This document shows positions 29,677 through 38,295 of a stretch of 64,000 nt of DNA, piece after piece. This DNA comes from Vulcanimicrobiota bacterium (lineage in GTDB: Bacteria > Vulcanimicrobiota > Xenobia > Xenobiales > JADMJV01), in NCBI GenBank assembly GCA_050250895.1, contig JBFWNU010000001.1:3584149-3648148 (forward strand), written 5' to 3'. Made by a program: the position numbers and the translations under genes. The first letter of the stretch is position 1. Each line of letters begins with the position of its first letter. The notes under the pieces were generated by a model. That model was not told the origin of the DNA and made no database searches. It worked only from the letters and a program-made list of their open reading frames with translations.

Positions 29677-30413
29677 GGCTTCACCTTCAAGAAGCCGAGT
29701 TCGACCTGGCGCTCTCCGCCGTAGGTGGTGACCAGGCGAATCTGTTTGAAGTCGCTGGGGGCCAATTGTGGTTCGAGGGTGTCATCGAGATAGCGACCCT
29801 CGACCTCGGTGCGGATGCGACCGCCCCGGTAGTCGACCACTACCACCTGGCCGCGGTGTTTCTGGTCGAGTTGCAGCTTGCCATCCTGACCCAGCTGATA
29901 GGCAACCGGACTGAGTTGGTCGGCTTGAGCCAGCAGTACCCGGTCGACTGCCTCGACCGGTTGGTTGTAGAGCTGCACCTGGCCCCGAGCGTCCACCGTA
30001 TGGGCCTCGCCCTGTTCCGGCAGGTAGTCAGCCAGCCATTGGTAGTCGACCACCAGTTGGCGACCCCGCCACTCGGCCGGCAGCCGCAGCCGACTGCCCC
30101 GGCGTTCGAGCGGCGAGCCGGCGGGTGTTCCGTCAGGCCAGAAGAGGCGCAGGCTGCCTTCGACCACCACGACCTGGCCCAGGTCGATCCAGCCGTCGGC
30201 ACCCACCCTCAGCAATCGCGGCGCGACCATGTTGAAGTCGGCCTTGAGCAAGGACTGGCGCGTCTGTTCGCAGGTCTGGGCGGCGAAGCGATAGTCTTTC
30301 TCGCGGGCCAAACTACCCAGCAGATGCCAGGTGAGGGGTTGGATAGCGGCCAGAATCGCCAGGATCGCGATACAGATCATCAGCTCGATGAGCGTAAACC
30401 CCCGTGGTCGCAT
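29673..30413 (-). CDS. Prepilin-type N-methylation domain protein (large, PilV/GspI position), cassette B
   Basis: MRPRG/FTLIELMICIAILAIL. Confidence 0.9.
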   Translation of the reverse strand: MRPRGFTLIELMICIAILAILAAIQPLTWHLLGSLAREKDYRFAAQTCEQTRQSLLKADFNMVAPRLLRVGADGWIDLGQVVVVEGSLRLFWPDGTPAGSPLERRGSRLRLPAEWRGRQLVVDYQWLADYLPEQGEAHTVDARGQVQLYNQPVEAVDRVLLAQADQLSPVAYQLGQDGKLQLDQKHRGQVVVVDYRGGRIRTEVEGRYLDDTLEPQLAPSDFKQIRLVTTYGGERQVELGFLKVKP

Positions 30414-30447
30414 CGCCGCCGTTTCCGTGAACAATCAGCAACTCCTT

Positions 30448-32556
30448 CTACCAGGCCGCTTTGTAGGCGCAGCGCAGGCTGTGTTCGGTCCTGAGCTGAC
30501 GATAGGCTTGCTGCAAGCTGGTCCACTCGCGGGCAGTGAGTGCGCTGACCTTGCCGTCGGCGGCCAGGCGCGTGCCCGATTCGAGTTCGGCTCGCATGCG
30601 CACCAGGTTGGCCGGAAGGTCGCGATCGACCGTGGGTTCGGGCCTGGCCTGGCGCAAGTAGCAGCGAACGGAACGGCGCCCCACTACCAACCACAAGTTC
30701 TTGCCCTCGACCAGTTCTCGGGCCGGTTCGCCAGGGGGCAGGATGAACCCGGCCGTGGCCACGGGAGTGGCCTCGACCACCGTGAGACGATTGCCTTCGA
30801 TGGTGATGCGCCGCCCATCCAGCAAGCGGCCGCCTCCGGGCCACAGGCTGACCAACGGACCCGGACATGGCCGGCTGTCGTCACCGGCAAAGAGGCGTCC
30901 GTCGGCCGTGGCCGCCAACAACAAGCCCTTGCTGGTGGTGGCCGCGGCCAATACCGGCGAGCCGAAAGCCCGGGGAGGATTGGCGAAATCGCGCACGGTG
31001 CCGTCGAGGGAGCTGCTCACCACCCGAGCCCCGCGAAAATGGACCGAGGTCACCGGGCCGTCGTGGCGGCCCACCAGACGAGGTCGCGAGGCGGTGCCGT
31101 CGCGGACCTCGACCCGGCCGTCGAGATAGCCCAGGGCGATCGACTCCTTGGCGAAGGCGAAACAGGCCAATCCCGGCAGCTCCAGCTGGCGCCACGAGCC
31201 GGTTTCCAGCAGTTGGGCTCTCCCGTCGGCGCTACGCACCCCCAGCCAGTCTTCGCGAGGGCTCAGCGCCACTTGCTCGATCTCGTCCTGGCTGCGCACC
31301 AACCCGCCCAGAGGCGTCTCGAGCGCAGGCAAACCTTGGCGTTGTCGCTCGCCGGCTCGAGCTTCAATCTCGGCCGCCTCGAGATAGGCTCGCAATCGCT
31401 GGGTGGCATCGGCCTGAACCGGCTGCGGGGTCGGGACCACCTCGGCCGGGGCCGACGCTTCTTCCTGACCGGACCGCTCTTCCACCTTGCTTTTGAGGCT
31501 CTGCGTGGTAAGCATGGTCAAGCCTAACAGGACCACCAGAAAGACGGTGGAGATGGCCACGGTGGCTGTGTGGCGCCGCAGAAACAGGTTGAGTTGATAG
31601 GCCGTCGTCCAGGGCTTTTTCACCAGCAACGGTTGGCGTTGCTCCCAGCGTCGCAAGTCTTCCATCACCTCACCGGCGCTGGCCGGACGTTGTTGCGGGT
31701 CGAGCGCCAGGCAAGCCTCGATGATGGCGGCCAGCTCGGCCGGCACGGCCGGATTGAGCTCGCGCACTCCCACCAGTGGAGAGTTCATCAGAGTGTCGGT
31801 ATAGAACGCCAGCCGCTCACCGGCATCGGTGAGGTGGCTCAACTGGTTGCGCGAGGCCAGCGGAATGCGGGGCAACTGGCCGGTCAAAAGCGAATAGATG
31901 GTGGCCCCCAGACTGTAGATATCCCAGCTCGAATTGGGGCCGGTCTCGACCTGGCCCAGAGCGGCCCCGGCCTGCTCGGGGGCCATGTAACCCACCGTAC
32001 CCAGACTGCTCTGGCTACCCCCCGCCTGTAGCGATTGGCCGAAATCGACCAGCCGGGCACGCCCTTCGCCATCGAGCAGGACGTTGACCGGCTTGAGGTC
32101 GCAATGAAGCATGCCTTTCTGGTGGATAAAGTTGAGCGCCTCGGCGATCTGATAGAACCAGCTGACCACCAGTTCGGGGGTGCGTTCTTCAGGGTTCTTG
32201 TCGCCCAACGACCCACCCGTCAACAGCGGCATGACCAGATAGGCGGGCTCGTGATTGAGGTCGGCGTCGAGCAGGGTCACGATGTTGGGGTGCTCGGCCA
32301 CATCGCGCAGTCGCTCGATCTCCTGGCGAAAGTATTCCCAGTCGAGACCGAAAGGGCGGGTGAAGATTTTGACTGCCACCTTCTGTCCGGTGCGCTCCTG
32401 GGTGCCCGACCACACTTCGCCAAAGGTACCCGCGCCCATCAAAGCCTCGAGCCGCACCCCGGGGATCTTATAGTCGACATCGCGCGACAGCTCACGCAGC
32501 TCGTGCTGCTCGTCGGCAGCTTGAAAGAGAGTGGCGTCGATAGGTTGCTCGGCCAT
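30448..32556 (-). CDS. Hanks-type Ser/Thr protein kinase with hydrophobic helix and C-terminal WD40-like repeats (702 aa)
   Basis: GAGTFGEVW, VAVK, HCDLKPVN, DFG, GTVGYMAPE, DIYSLG; HDGPVTSVHF...SSSLDGTVRD; ATG 32556 immediately follows the upstream stop. Confidence 0.93.
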   Translation of the reverse strand: MAEQPIDATLFQAADEQHELRELSRDVDYKIPGVRLEALMGAGTFGEVWSGTQERTGQKVAVKIFTRPFGLDWEYFRQEIERLRDVAEHPNIVTLLDADLNHEPAYLVMPLLTGGSLGDKNPEERTPELVVSWFYQIAEALNFIHQKGMLHCDLKPVNVLLDGEGRARLVDFGQSLQAGGSQSSLGTVGYMAPEQAGAALGQVETGPNSSWDIYSLGATIYSLLTGQLPRIPLASRNQLSHLTDAGERLAFYTDTLMNSPLVGVRELNPAVPAELAAIIEACLALDPQQRPASAGEVMEDLRRWEQRQPLLVKKPWTTAYQLNLFLRRHTATVAISTVFLVVLLGLTMLTTQSLKSKVEERSGQEEASAPAEVVPTPQPVQADATQRLRAYLEAAEIEARAGERQRQGLPALETPLGGLVRSQDEIEQVALSPREDWLGVRSADGRAQLLETGSWRQLELPGLACFAFAKESIALGYLDGRVEVRDGTASRPRLVGRHDGPVTSVHFRGARVVSSSLDGTVRDFANPPRAFGSPVLAAATTSKGLLLAATADGRLFAGDDSRPCPGPLVSLWPGGGRLLDGRRITIEGNRLTVVEATPVATAGFILPPGEPARELVEGKNLWLVVGRRSVRCYLRQARPEPTVDRDLPANLVRMRAELESGTRLAADGKVSALTAREWTSLQQAYRQLRTEHSLRCAYKAAW

Positions 32557-32558
32557 GG

Positions 32559-33494
32559 CTACAACCAGCGATCCGAGCCGGCGAAGACCACCGGCAGCCA
32601 GGCCACCAGCAAGACCAGCAGCACGACGAGCCCGGCTCCGGCCAAAAGGCGAGGCTCGGCCAGGGCCAGTTCGCGCTTGTGCAGATGTTCGAGTTCTTGT
32701 TCCATCAACTCGGCGCACTCGAAGAGAGCGATGGGAAGAGCGTCGTGTTGCAGCTTCTGGCGGGAGGCGCCCAATAACAGGGGGTGCAGCCGAGCTTCGG
32801 CGAGCAGTCGGCTGAGTTCGCTGCCCTGGCGGGTCTGCTCGGCTAGCCCGCCAAAGAACTCTCTGAGTTCGGGCCCGGCGACTTCGGCCGCCATGGCCAG
32901 ACTCTCGGGCAGAGGCTTGCCAGCGGCTAGCAGGGTGGCCACCGTGCGAGCCCACAACACCTGGTCGCCCAGTCGCCGGACCCGGGCCACCGGAGCAGCC
33001 AGCAACCAGCGGGCGGCTACCCAGACCACCGCCAGCAAGGCCAGCAGCAACAGCCGCGAACTGGCCAGCCCGGCCAGGGTCTCCAGCCTGGCTTCGTGGG
33101 CCAGCGGTACGATGGTGGTGGGCACGATGCTGAGCAGCAAGACCGCTCCCAACACGGTCACCGCCCCCAGCAACAGGGTGGGATAGGTCAGGGCGGCCTG
33201 CGTCTTGCAACGCACCTGCTCGACCCCCTCGAGCCAACGGCTGAGCCGGTCGAGTTCCTGGGCGGGTTGGCTCGAGGCCATGGCCGCTTCGACCAGGCCG
33301 CGGTAGGCGGGCGAAAAAAGACGCGGACGCCGGGCCAGGGCCTGGGCCAGGTCGTCTCCCTGCTCGAGGTCCGCGGCCAGCTGACCCAGCCAGCGGGGCC
33401 CGTCGGCGCGCTTGAGCCCCTCGGCCAGAGGAAAGCCCAGGCGCACCAGAGTGGCCAGTTGGCGGGTCACGTCGAGAAGTTCGCTGGTCTTCAT
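32559..33494 (-). CDS. GspF/PilC family protein, cassette A position 3
   Basis: TRQLATLVRLGFPLAEGL, QGDDLAQALARRPRLFS, AALTYP, AGKPLPESL; ATGA overlap. Confidence 0.88.
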   Translation of the reverse strand: MKTSELLDVTRQLATLVRLGFPLAEGLKRADGPRWLGQLAADLEQGDDLAQALARRPRLFSPAYRGLVEAAMASSQPAQELDRLSRWLEGVEQVRCKTQAALTYPTLLLGAVTVLGAVLLLSIVPTTIVPLAHEARLETLAGLASSRLLLLALLAVVWVAARWLLAAPVARVRRLGDQVLWARTVATLLAAGKPLPESLAMAAEVAGPELREFFGGLAEQTRQGSELSRLLAEARLHPLLLGASRQKLQHDALPIALFECAELMEQELEHLHKRELALAEPRLLAGAGLVVLLVLLVAWLPVVFAGSDRWL

Positions 33495-34456
33495 CCCAGG
33501 TTTCCAATCAGTTGATACAACGGCAAGAACATGCCGATGATGATGAGGCCGGCCAGCAGCCCCAATCCCAGCAGGGCCAGGGGCTCGATGAGGGTGATGC
33601 CGCGCGAGGTGGCATGCTCGAAATCGTGACGCAGAAAGCGCGCCACCCGGTCCAACGACCCCTGCGGCAAGCCCTTGGCCTCGGCCACACCGATCAGCCA
33701 GGCGGTGCCGTCGAGCACCAGACGATTGGGCTCGAGGGCCTGGCTCAAGCTCGCACCCCCGGCCAGCGCTTGGGACAGCTCCTGCAGATGGCTGCGAAAC
33801 AGCGGCGAGCGGCACGGCTCGGCTGCTCGCCGGCACGCCTCGGGCAGAGGCTCACCGTGGGCCAAAAAGAACTCGAGCCAGGACAAGAAGATGATGGTGT
33901 CGCGCCGGCGGAACCACTCGCCGATCAACGGCAGGCGGTGGCGAACACCGTCGCCCACTGTCGACTCGGACAAGAGCAGCCAGGCCCCGGTAAGAAACAA
34001 GACTCCCAACAGGACGACGAGCGGATTGCTCAGAGCTCGATGCAGAAAGAGCAGCAAAATGGTCGGAGCCGGCAGGGTTAGATAGAAGCCTTCCAAGAGG
34101 GGCGACAGCTGGCCACCCAAAACCCGGATCAAGAACACCGCCACCAACACGGCTGCCACCAACACCAACCTGGGATAGACCAGCGAGCTACGCACCGACT
34201 CAGAAACCTGCTCCGTCTGGGCCAGGGTGCGGGCCAGTTGTTCGAGCCCGGCCGGCAGCTCGTCGGTCTGCTCGACCTGCTCGACGGCCCGCACTACCCA
34301 GTCGGGCGCGTGGCCCGCCGCCAGGACCGCGTGCAGGGCCTGTCCGCGGGCAGCCAGTTCGGCCCCCGGGTGATGGAGCGTCTCGAGCGCCTCGGGCAGG
34401 GTTGCGCCCATGCGCAATTGATGGGCAAGACTCATGAGAACCTGACTGTCGGTCAT
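33491..34456 (-). CDS. GspF/PilC family protein, cassette A position 2
   Basis: MGATLPEAL, SSLVYP, LPAPTILL, RLPLIG, GGASLSQAL, LIEP...GMFLPLYQL. Confidence 0.9.
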   Translation of the reverse strand: MTDSQVLMSLAHQLRMGATLPEALETLHHPGAELAARGQALHAVLAAGHAPDWVVRAVEQVEQTDELPAGLEQLARTLAQTEQVSESVRSSLVYPRLVLVAAVLVAVFLIRVLGGQLSPLLEGFYLTLPAPTILLLFLHRALSNPLVVLLGVLFLTGAWLLLSESTVGDGVRHRLPLIGEWFRRRDTIIFLSWLEFFLAHGEPLPEACRRAAEPCRSPLFRSHLQELSQALAGGASLSQALEPNRLVLDGTAWLIGVAEAKGLPQGSLDRVARFLRHDFEHATSRGITLIEPLALLGLGLLAGLIIIGMFLPLYQLIGNLG

Positions 34457-35646
34457 GGCAAGAAGACCTCGCTGGCGGCCAGTTGATAGATGTCTACCAG
34501 CACCCCGAAAGTGGCTACGCCCAGGCTACCGACAGCCAGACCAAAGCAGGCCAAAATGGCCACGCCAGCCCGGACCTGGGCACGATGGCTCTGCAATTCA
34601 TAGGTGGCCCGAAGTTGTTCGGCAGTGACCTCAAGGACCTCGTCGAGATTGCCCAGGCGTTGGCCCTGTTCGATTAGCCAGGCCAACTGCTCGTCCTGTA
34701 ACAGCGGCTCGGTTCGATACAGTTCGGGCAGGTCTTCATACGAACTGCTTTTCCAGCGGGCCCGATGGGTCACCTGGCCGCAGTTCATGGCCAGGGTAGT
34801 GAGCCGCGACCCGCTCAACTGGCTGGCCAGGCCCGCCTGGGCGGCCACCAGACTGCGAAAGAGGCGGCGGTCGCGGGCGGGCCGTCCCCAGCCAGCCAGC
34901 CACGTATTCCACGGTCCGTCTTCGAAGTAGGCGAGAATCAGTATCCCCGCCACGGCGGCCAGAAACAGTCCGACATAGGCTCCCACCCAGCCGAGTTGGT
35001 AATAGTCACTGTGAGCCTGAGCGCCTTCCAACAATTGGGTGAAGGTGGGGGCGATGTAGTTGCGATAGAAGATCATAATTCCCATCATCATGACGAAAAC
35101 CGTGGCCAAGTAGGCGGTGGCTAAAGGCTTGACGCCCAGGTCTTGCGACTCGACCCTGGCCAGGATTCGCAAAGTCGAAACCATTTGCTCGGGCTGGGTT
35201 TCTTCGAGCAATTGGATCCAGATGGAGGGAAAGTAGTTCGTCCGGGCCATCGCACCCACCAACGAGCTGCCGTGGGAAACGCCTTCGGCCAGTCCCTCGA
35301 GGGCCGATGGCAGTCGAGCGTAGGCAGTCTTGAAGTGCGCGCGGCTGTGGGCGTGCAGGTGCTGCAGCGCTTCCGCCAGTGGCACGCCCATCTCGAGCAG
35401 GTCGGCTAGCTCGAGGGCGAAGACAGCCCGATCATCGCGGTCGCTGCGCCCGCGCACTAGTCCATAGCAGAACGGAATCCCGATCAGGCCGTAAAAGATC
35501 CAGTTACGGCGAAAGAAAATGGCCATCTCAGGGCTGTTCTGTTCGGCCCAAAGCCACAGACCCACCAGCAACAGAGTGATGACGGTGGCCGCGAAGGTGA
35601 TCTTGGCGCGGGCTTTGCGAACGCCCGCTGCGCCCAGTTCTTTCAC
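34453..35646 (-). CDS. GspF/PilC family protein with extra N-terminal TMs, cassette A position 1
   Basis: LEMGVPLAEAL, HGSSLVGAM, IAPTFTQLL, GQRLGNLDEVL; GTGA overlap; start approximate. Confidence 0.82.
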   Translation of the reverse strand: MKELGAAGVRKARAKITFAATVITLLLVGLWLWAEQNSPEMAIFFRRNWIFYGLIGIPFCYGLVRGRSDRDDRAVFALELADLLEMGVPLAEALQHLHAHSRAHFKTAYARLPSALEGLAEGVSHGSSLVGAMARTNYFPSIWIQLLEETQPEQMVSTLRILARVESQDLGVKPLATAYLATVFVMMMGIMIFYRNYIAPTFTQLLEGAQAHSDYYQLGWVGAYVGLFLAAVAGILILAYFEDGPWNTWLAGWGRPARDRRLFRSLVAAQAGLASQLSGSRLTTLAMNCGQVTHRARWKSSSYEDLPELYRTEPLLQDEQLAWLIEQGQRLGNLDEVLEVTAEQLRATYELQSHRAQVRAGVAILACFGLAVGSLGVATFGVLVDIYQLAASEVFLP

Positions 35647-35987
35647 CGGACCACCTCCTCGAGGCGATGGCGCTCTTTGCCGGCTACCCCCACCGAAACG
35701 ACCTTCCAGCCTCCGCTGGCGGGGCTTGCGGTCAGCTCGAAGTAGCCGCCCTGGAACGAAGGTGAACGCCACTGGTGGGCCGGCCGCAGCTCGCCTCGAC
35801 CGGCCATTCCGCGCGCATAGTCAAGCCCGGCCACCGCCAGCGAATGGGCGCGATGTTGTTGCGAGTCGAGCTTGAGGCGATGGTGGGCGGCCTCGAGCGA
35901 GGCGACCGTGCTCCATTCGAGGATAATCAGGAGTGTCATGATTCCCAGGACAGTGATCAGGGCCAATCCCCGGCGACGGTTTCTCAC
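35643..35987 (-). CDS. PilX/GspK-like minor pilin (no Glu5), cassette A
   Basis: RRRG/LALITVLGI; AHSLAVAGLDYA; same length (114 aa) as the cassette B copy. Confidence 0.75.
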   Translation of the reverse strand: MRNRRRGLALITVLGIMTLLIILEWSTVASLEAAHHRLKLDSQQHRAHSLAVAGLDYARGMAGRGELRPAHQWRSPSFQGGYFELTASPASGGWKVVSVGVAGKERHRLEEVVR

Positions 35988-36391
35988 AGGTCGTAGATCC
36001 CCCGATATCTCAAAGTGCGATCGCGCTCTGGAGGGCACGACAAAACGATATTGACCACCAGATGAGGTTGGCGCTGGTGAACCAGAAACGAATCGACCCG
36101 AGCGGTGGTGAGGGAGCGCCCGTCGAGCGTCAGGTTGCCGTCTTGCCAGCGCAGCTTCGAACCGTCGCGAAAATCCAGCCCGGCGTTGTCGGAGGTGATG
36201 GTATAGCCGTCTTTCACCTTGCGCTTGATGTGCTCGAGGGCCTGGCGACTCTCGAGGCGCAGGTCGGCCTCCTGGCGAAAAACCTTGCCTTCGCGCACCA
36301 GCCACATCATCGAGTCGAAGATGGGAAAGGTGATGATGGCCATGATGGCCATCACGATGACCACTTCGATCAGGGTAAAAGCGCGTCTCAT
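35984..36391 (-). CDS. Prepilin-type N-methylation domain protein (PilW/GspJ-like), cassette A
   Basis: MRRA/FTLIEVVIVMAIMAII; GLDFRDGSKLRWQD matches GLNFADGSHLRWQD of the cassette B copy. Confidence 0.9.
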   Translation of the reverse strand: MRRAFTLIEVVIVMAIMAIITFPIFDSMMWLVREGKVFRQEADLRLESRQALEHIKRKVKDGYTITSDNAGLDFRDGSKLRWQDGNLTLDGRSLTTARVDSFLVHQRQPHLVVNIVLSCPPERDRTLRYRGIYDL

Positions 36392-37131
36392 GGCGCCACC
36401 TTCAAGCCGAAGAGTTCCATCTTCAGGCCGTCGCCATAAGCCTCTTCGACGGTGAATCGTTTGACCACGCCGAGGCCCTTGACCGGCTCGAGCCCGGGGC
36501 CGGCGAACTGGCCGCGCACCAGGTTGCGAACCGAGACACCCTGGTAGTCGATGCAAACCACCTTGCCTTCGAGCGAACCGTCCAGCGACAGAAGGTCGTC
36601 TTGCAACCGATACTGCGAGGGGGGGACGAGGCTGAGGCGATCACCCTGGGCCAACCACACGCGTTCGACCCGGGTCACGGCTCCGTTCTCGAGGGCCACC
36701 CGGCCGTTTTGAACACGATGCGCTTCACCCTGGTCGGCCACATAAAAGGCATAATCGACGATGACCTTCTGTCCGGCTAATTTGGGTTCGAGCTGGAGCC
36801 TGCCGCTGTCGACCTTGACCTCGGACGGACCGGCCAGGTCGGCCCCGGCCAACGAGCGCACCTTCAGGCTGGCTGGCTCGAGCGAGCCGTGGGGCAACTG
36901 CACCCAACCATCGTCGCCCACCGTCACCAGCGCCGGTGGCAACTGCTCGAAAGGCAGCGCCCGCAGCGCCTCGAGTTGATTTTCGGCGTTGCGCAGGGCG
37001 AAGCGGTAGTCGGCTTGTCTGAGCAGCCGGGCATGCCCGCGATGAACGCTAAAAGGAACCGAGAACAGGATGGCCATGATGGCAATGCAGATCATCAGTT
37101 CGATCAAAGTGAAGGCGCGTTGGCCAGGCAA
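36388..37131 (-). CDS. Prepilin-type N-methylation domain protein (large), cassette A
   Basis: QRA/FTLIELMICIAIMAIL; colinear with 29673..30413; TTG start uncertain. Confidence 0.88.
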   Translation of the reverse strand: MPGQRAFTLIELMICIAIMAILFSVPFSVHRGHARLLRQADYRFALRNAENQLEALRALPFEQLPPALVTVGDDGWVQLPHGSLEPASLKVRSLAGADLAGPSEVKVDSGRLQLEPKLAGQKVIVDYAFYVADQGEAHRVQNGRVALENGAVTRVERVWLAQGDRLSLVPPSQYRLQDDLLSLDGSLEGKVVCIDYQGVSVRNLVRGQFAGPGLEPVKGLGVVKRFTVEEAYGDGLKMELFGLKVAP

Positions 37132-37257
37132 GACGGACCCCCAGGAGAAAGTTAGTCTATTCTTTCCGATTTGAGCCCCGCTCAATCATGAAATTTGCCC
37201 AATGAGCAAGATGGGCGTTTTTAGCATGGTTTCAGGGCTTCGACCTAGGCTGGGGTC

Positions 37258-37650
37258 ATGATTGTCCATGCCTTGCCCAGAACCCATACCGCCGCTCCCC
37301 GACCGTCCGCCCCGCCTGGGGGCGACTCTTGGGGCGACCGCGTCGATATCGGCGGCGGAGCCGCGGCCGGCATCCTGACCCTGGTCATGGCCGGTGGCGC
37401 TCACGCCTTCGCCCATACCATGGGCAGCCCCGGTCTGGCTTTCGGGGCTGACGCTTTCATCGGAGCCAGCACCGGCTTTCAGATGGCCGAACAACTCGGT
37501 AAGTCCAAAACCGCCGGAGCGCTCATCGGCCTCGGAGTGGGAGCGGGCCTGGCTGCCGCCGGTGTTTACGGTGGCTGGCCCGGAGCCTTTGGGGCCGCCG
37601 CTCTGGCGGCCGTAGTCCGAGGGGTGGTCGTGCCGCGCCTGGTCCAGTAG
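37258..37650 (+). CDS. Gly/Ala-rich membrane protein (glycine-zipper-like)
   Basis: TAGGCT-N6-ATG; Pro-rich leader, DRVDIG, then GxxxG-rich hydrophobic helices; abuts the next gene (TAG-ATG). Confidence 0.7.
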   Translation: MIVHALPRTHTAAPRPSAPPGGDSWGDRVDIGGGAAAGILTLVMAGGAHAFAHTMGSPGLAFGADAFIGASTGFQMAEQLGKSKTAGALIGLGVGAGLAAAGVYGGWPGAFGAAALAAVVRGVVVPRLVQ

Positions 37651-38259
37651 ATGCGGCATGATTGGGAAGAGAACTATCAGGAAGGGGATACCCCCTGGGA
37701 TAGCGGCCAACCCGAGTTGATGCTGGTCGAAGCCGTCGAGGCCGGTCTGCTCCCCCCCGGTCGCGCTCTCGAGTTGGGCTGCGGCACGGGCACGAACGCA
37801 GCCTATCTGGCCGAGGCCGGCTATGAGGTCATCGGAGTCGACCTCTCCGAGACCGCCATCGAAAAGGCGCGAGCCAAAGCCTCGCAGGTTGCCTTCATGG
37901 TGCTCGACATCATGGCCGAGAGCCTGCCCCCGGGCCCGTTCGACCTGGTCTTTGACCGGGGTTGCTTTCACGTTTTCTCAGAGCCGGACAAGCAGGCACG
38001 CTTCGTTGAACGAGTGGCCTCGGTGCTCAGGCCTCACGGTGCCTGGCTGAGCTTGCTCGGCTCGACCGAGGGGGCCCCGCGCGAGCACGGGCCGCCCCGT
38101 CGCAGCGCTCGCGAGATTGTAGCTGCCATCGAGCCCGCTCTCGCGATCGTCAGCTTGCGGGCGGCCGCCTTTCACGACACGCACGGTAACCCACCGGCCT
38201 GGTTCTGCCTGTCGCGGCGCCGTCAACAACCCGCCCAGCCTTCCACGCCGCCGTTCTAG
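37651..38259 (+). CDS. Class I SAM-dependent methyltransferase (TPMT/Methyltransf_25-like)
   Basis: [38 protein letters not shown]. Confidence 0.92.
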   Translation: MRHDWEENYQEGDTPWDSGQPELMLVEAVEAGLLPPGRALELGCGTGTNAAYLAEAGYEVIGVDLSETAIEKARAKASQVAFMVLDIMAESLPPGPFDLVFDRGCFHVFSEPDKQARFVERVASVLRPHGAWLSLLGSTEGAPREHGPPRRSAREIVAAIEPALAIVSLRAAAFHDTHGNPPAWFCLSRRRQQPAQPSTPPF

Positions 38260-38295
38260 CCAGGACGGCAAGCCACGGCCCACGAACCCACCAGC

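Noticed and set aside
32557-33507. 317-aa Arg/Pro-rich N-terminal extension of the kinase (1019-aa ORF)
   Set aside because: It is an alternative-frame read of the upstream GspF gene; the real start is ATG 32556. The same applies to the extended ORF-track starts of nuoL, nuoJ, nuoH and several F/pilin genes.
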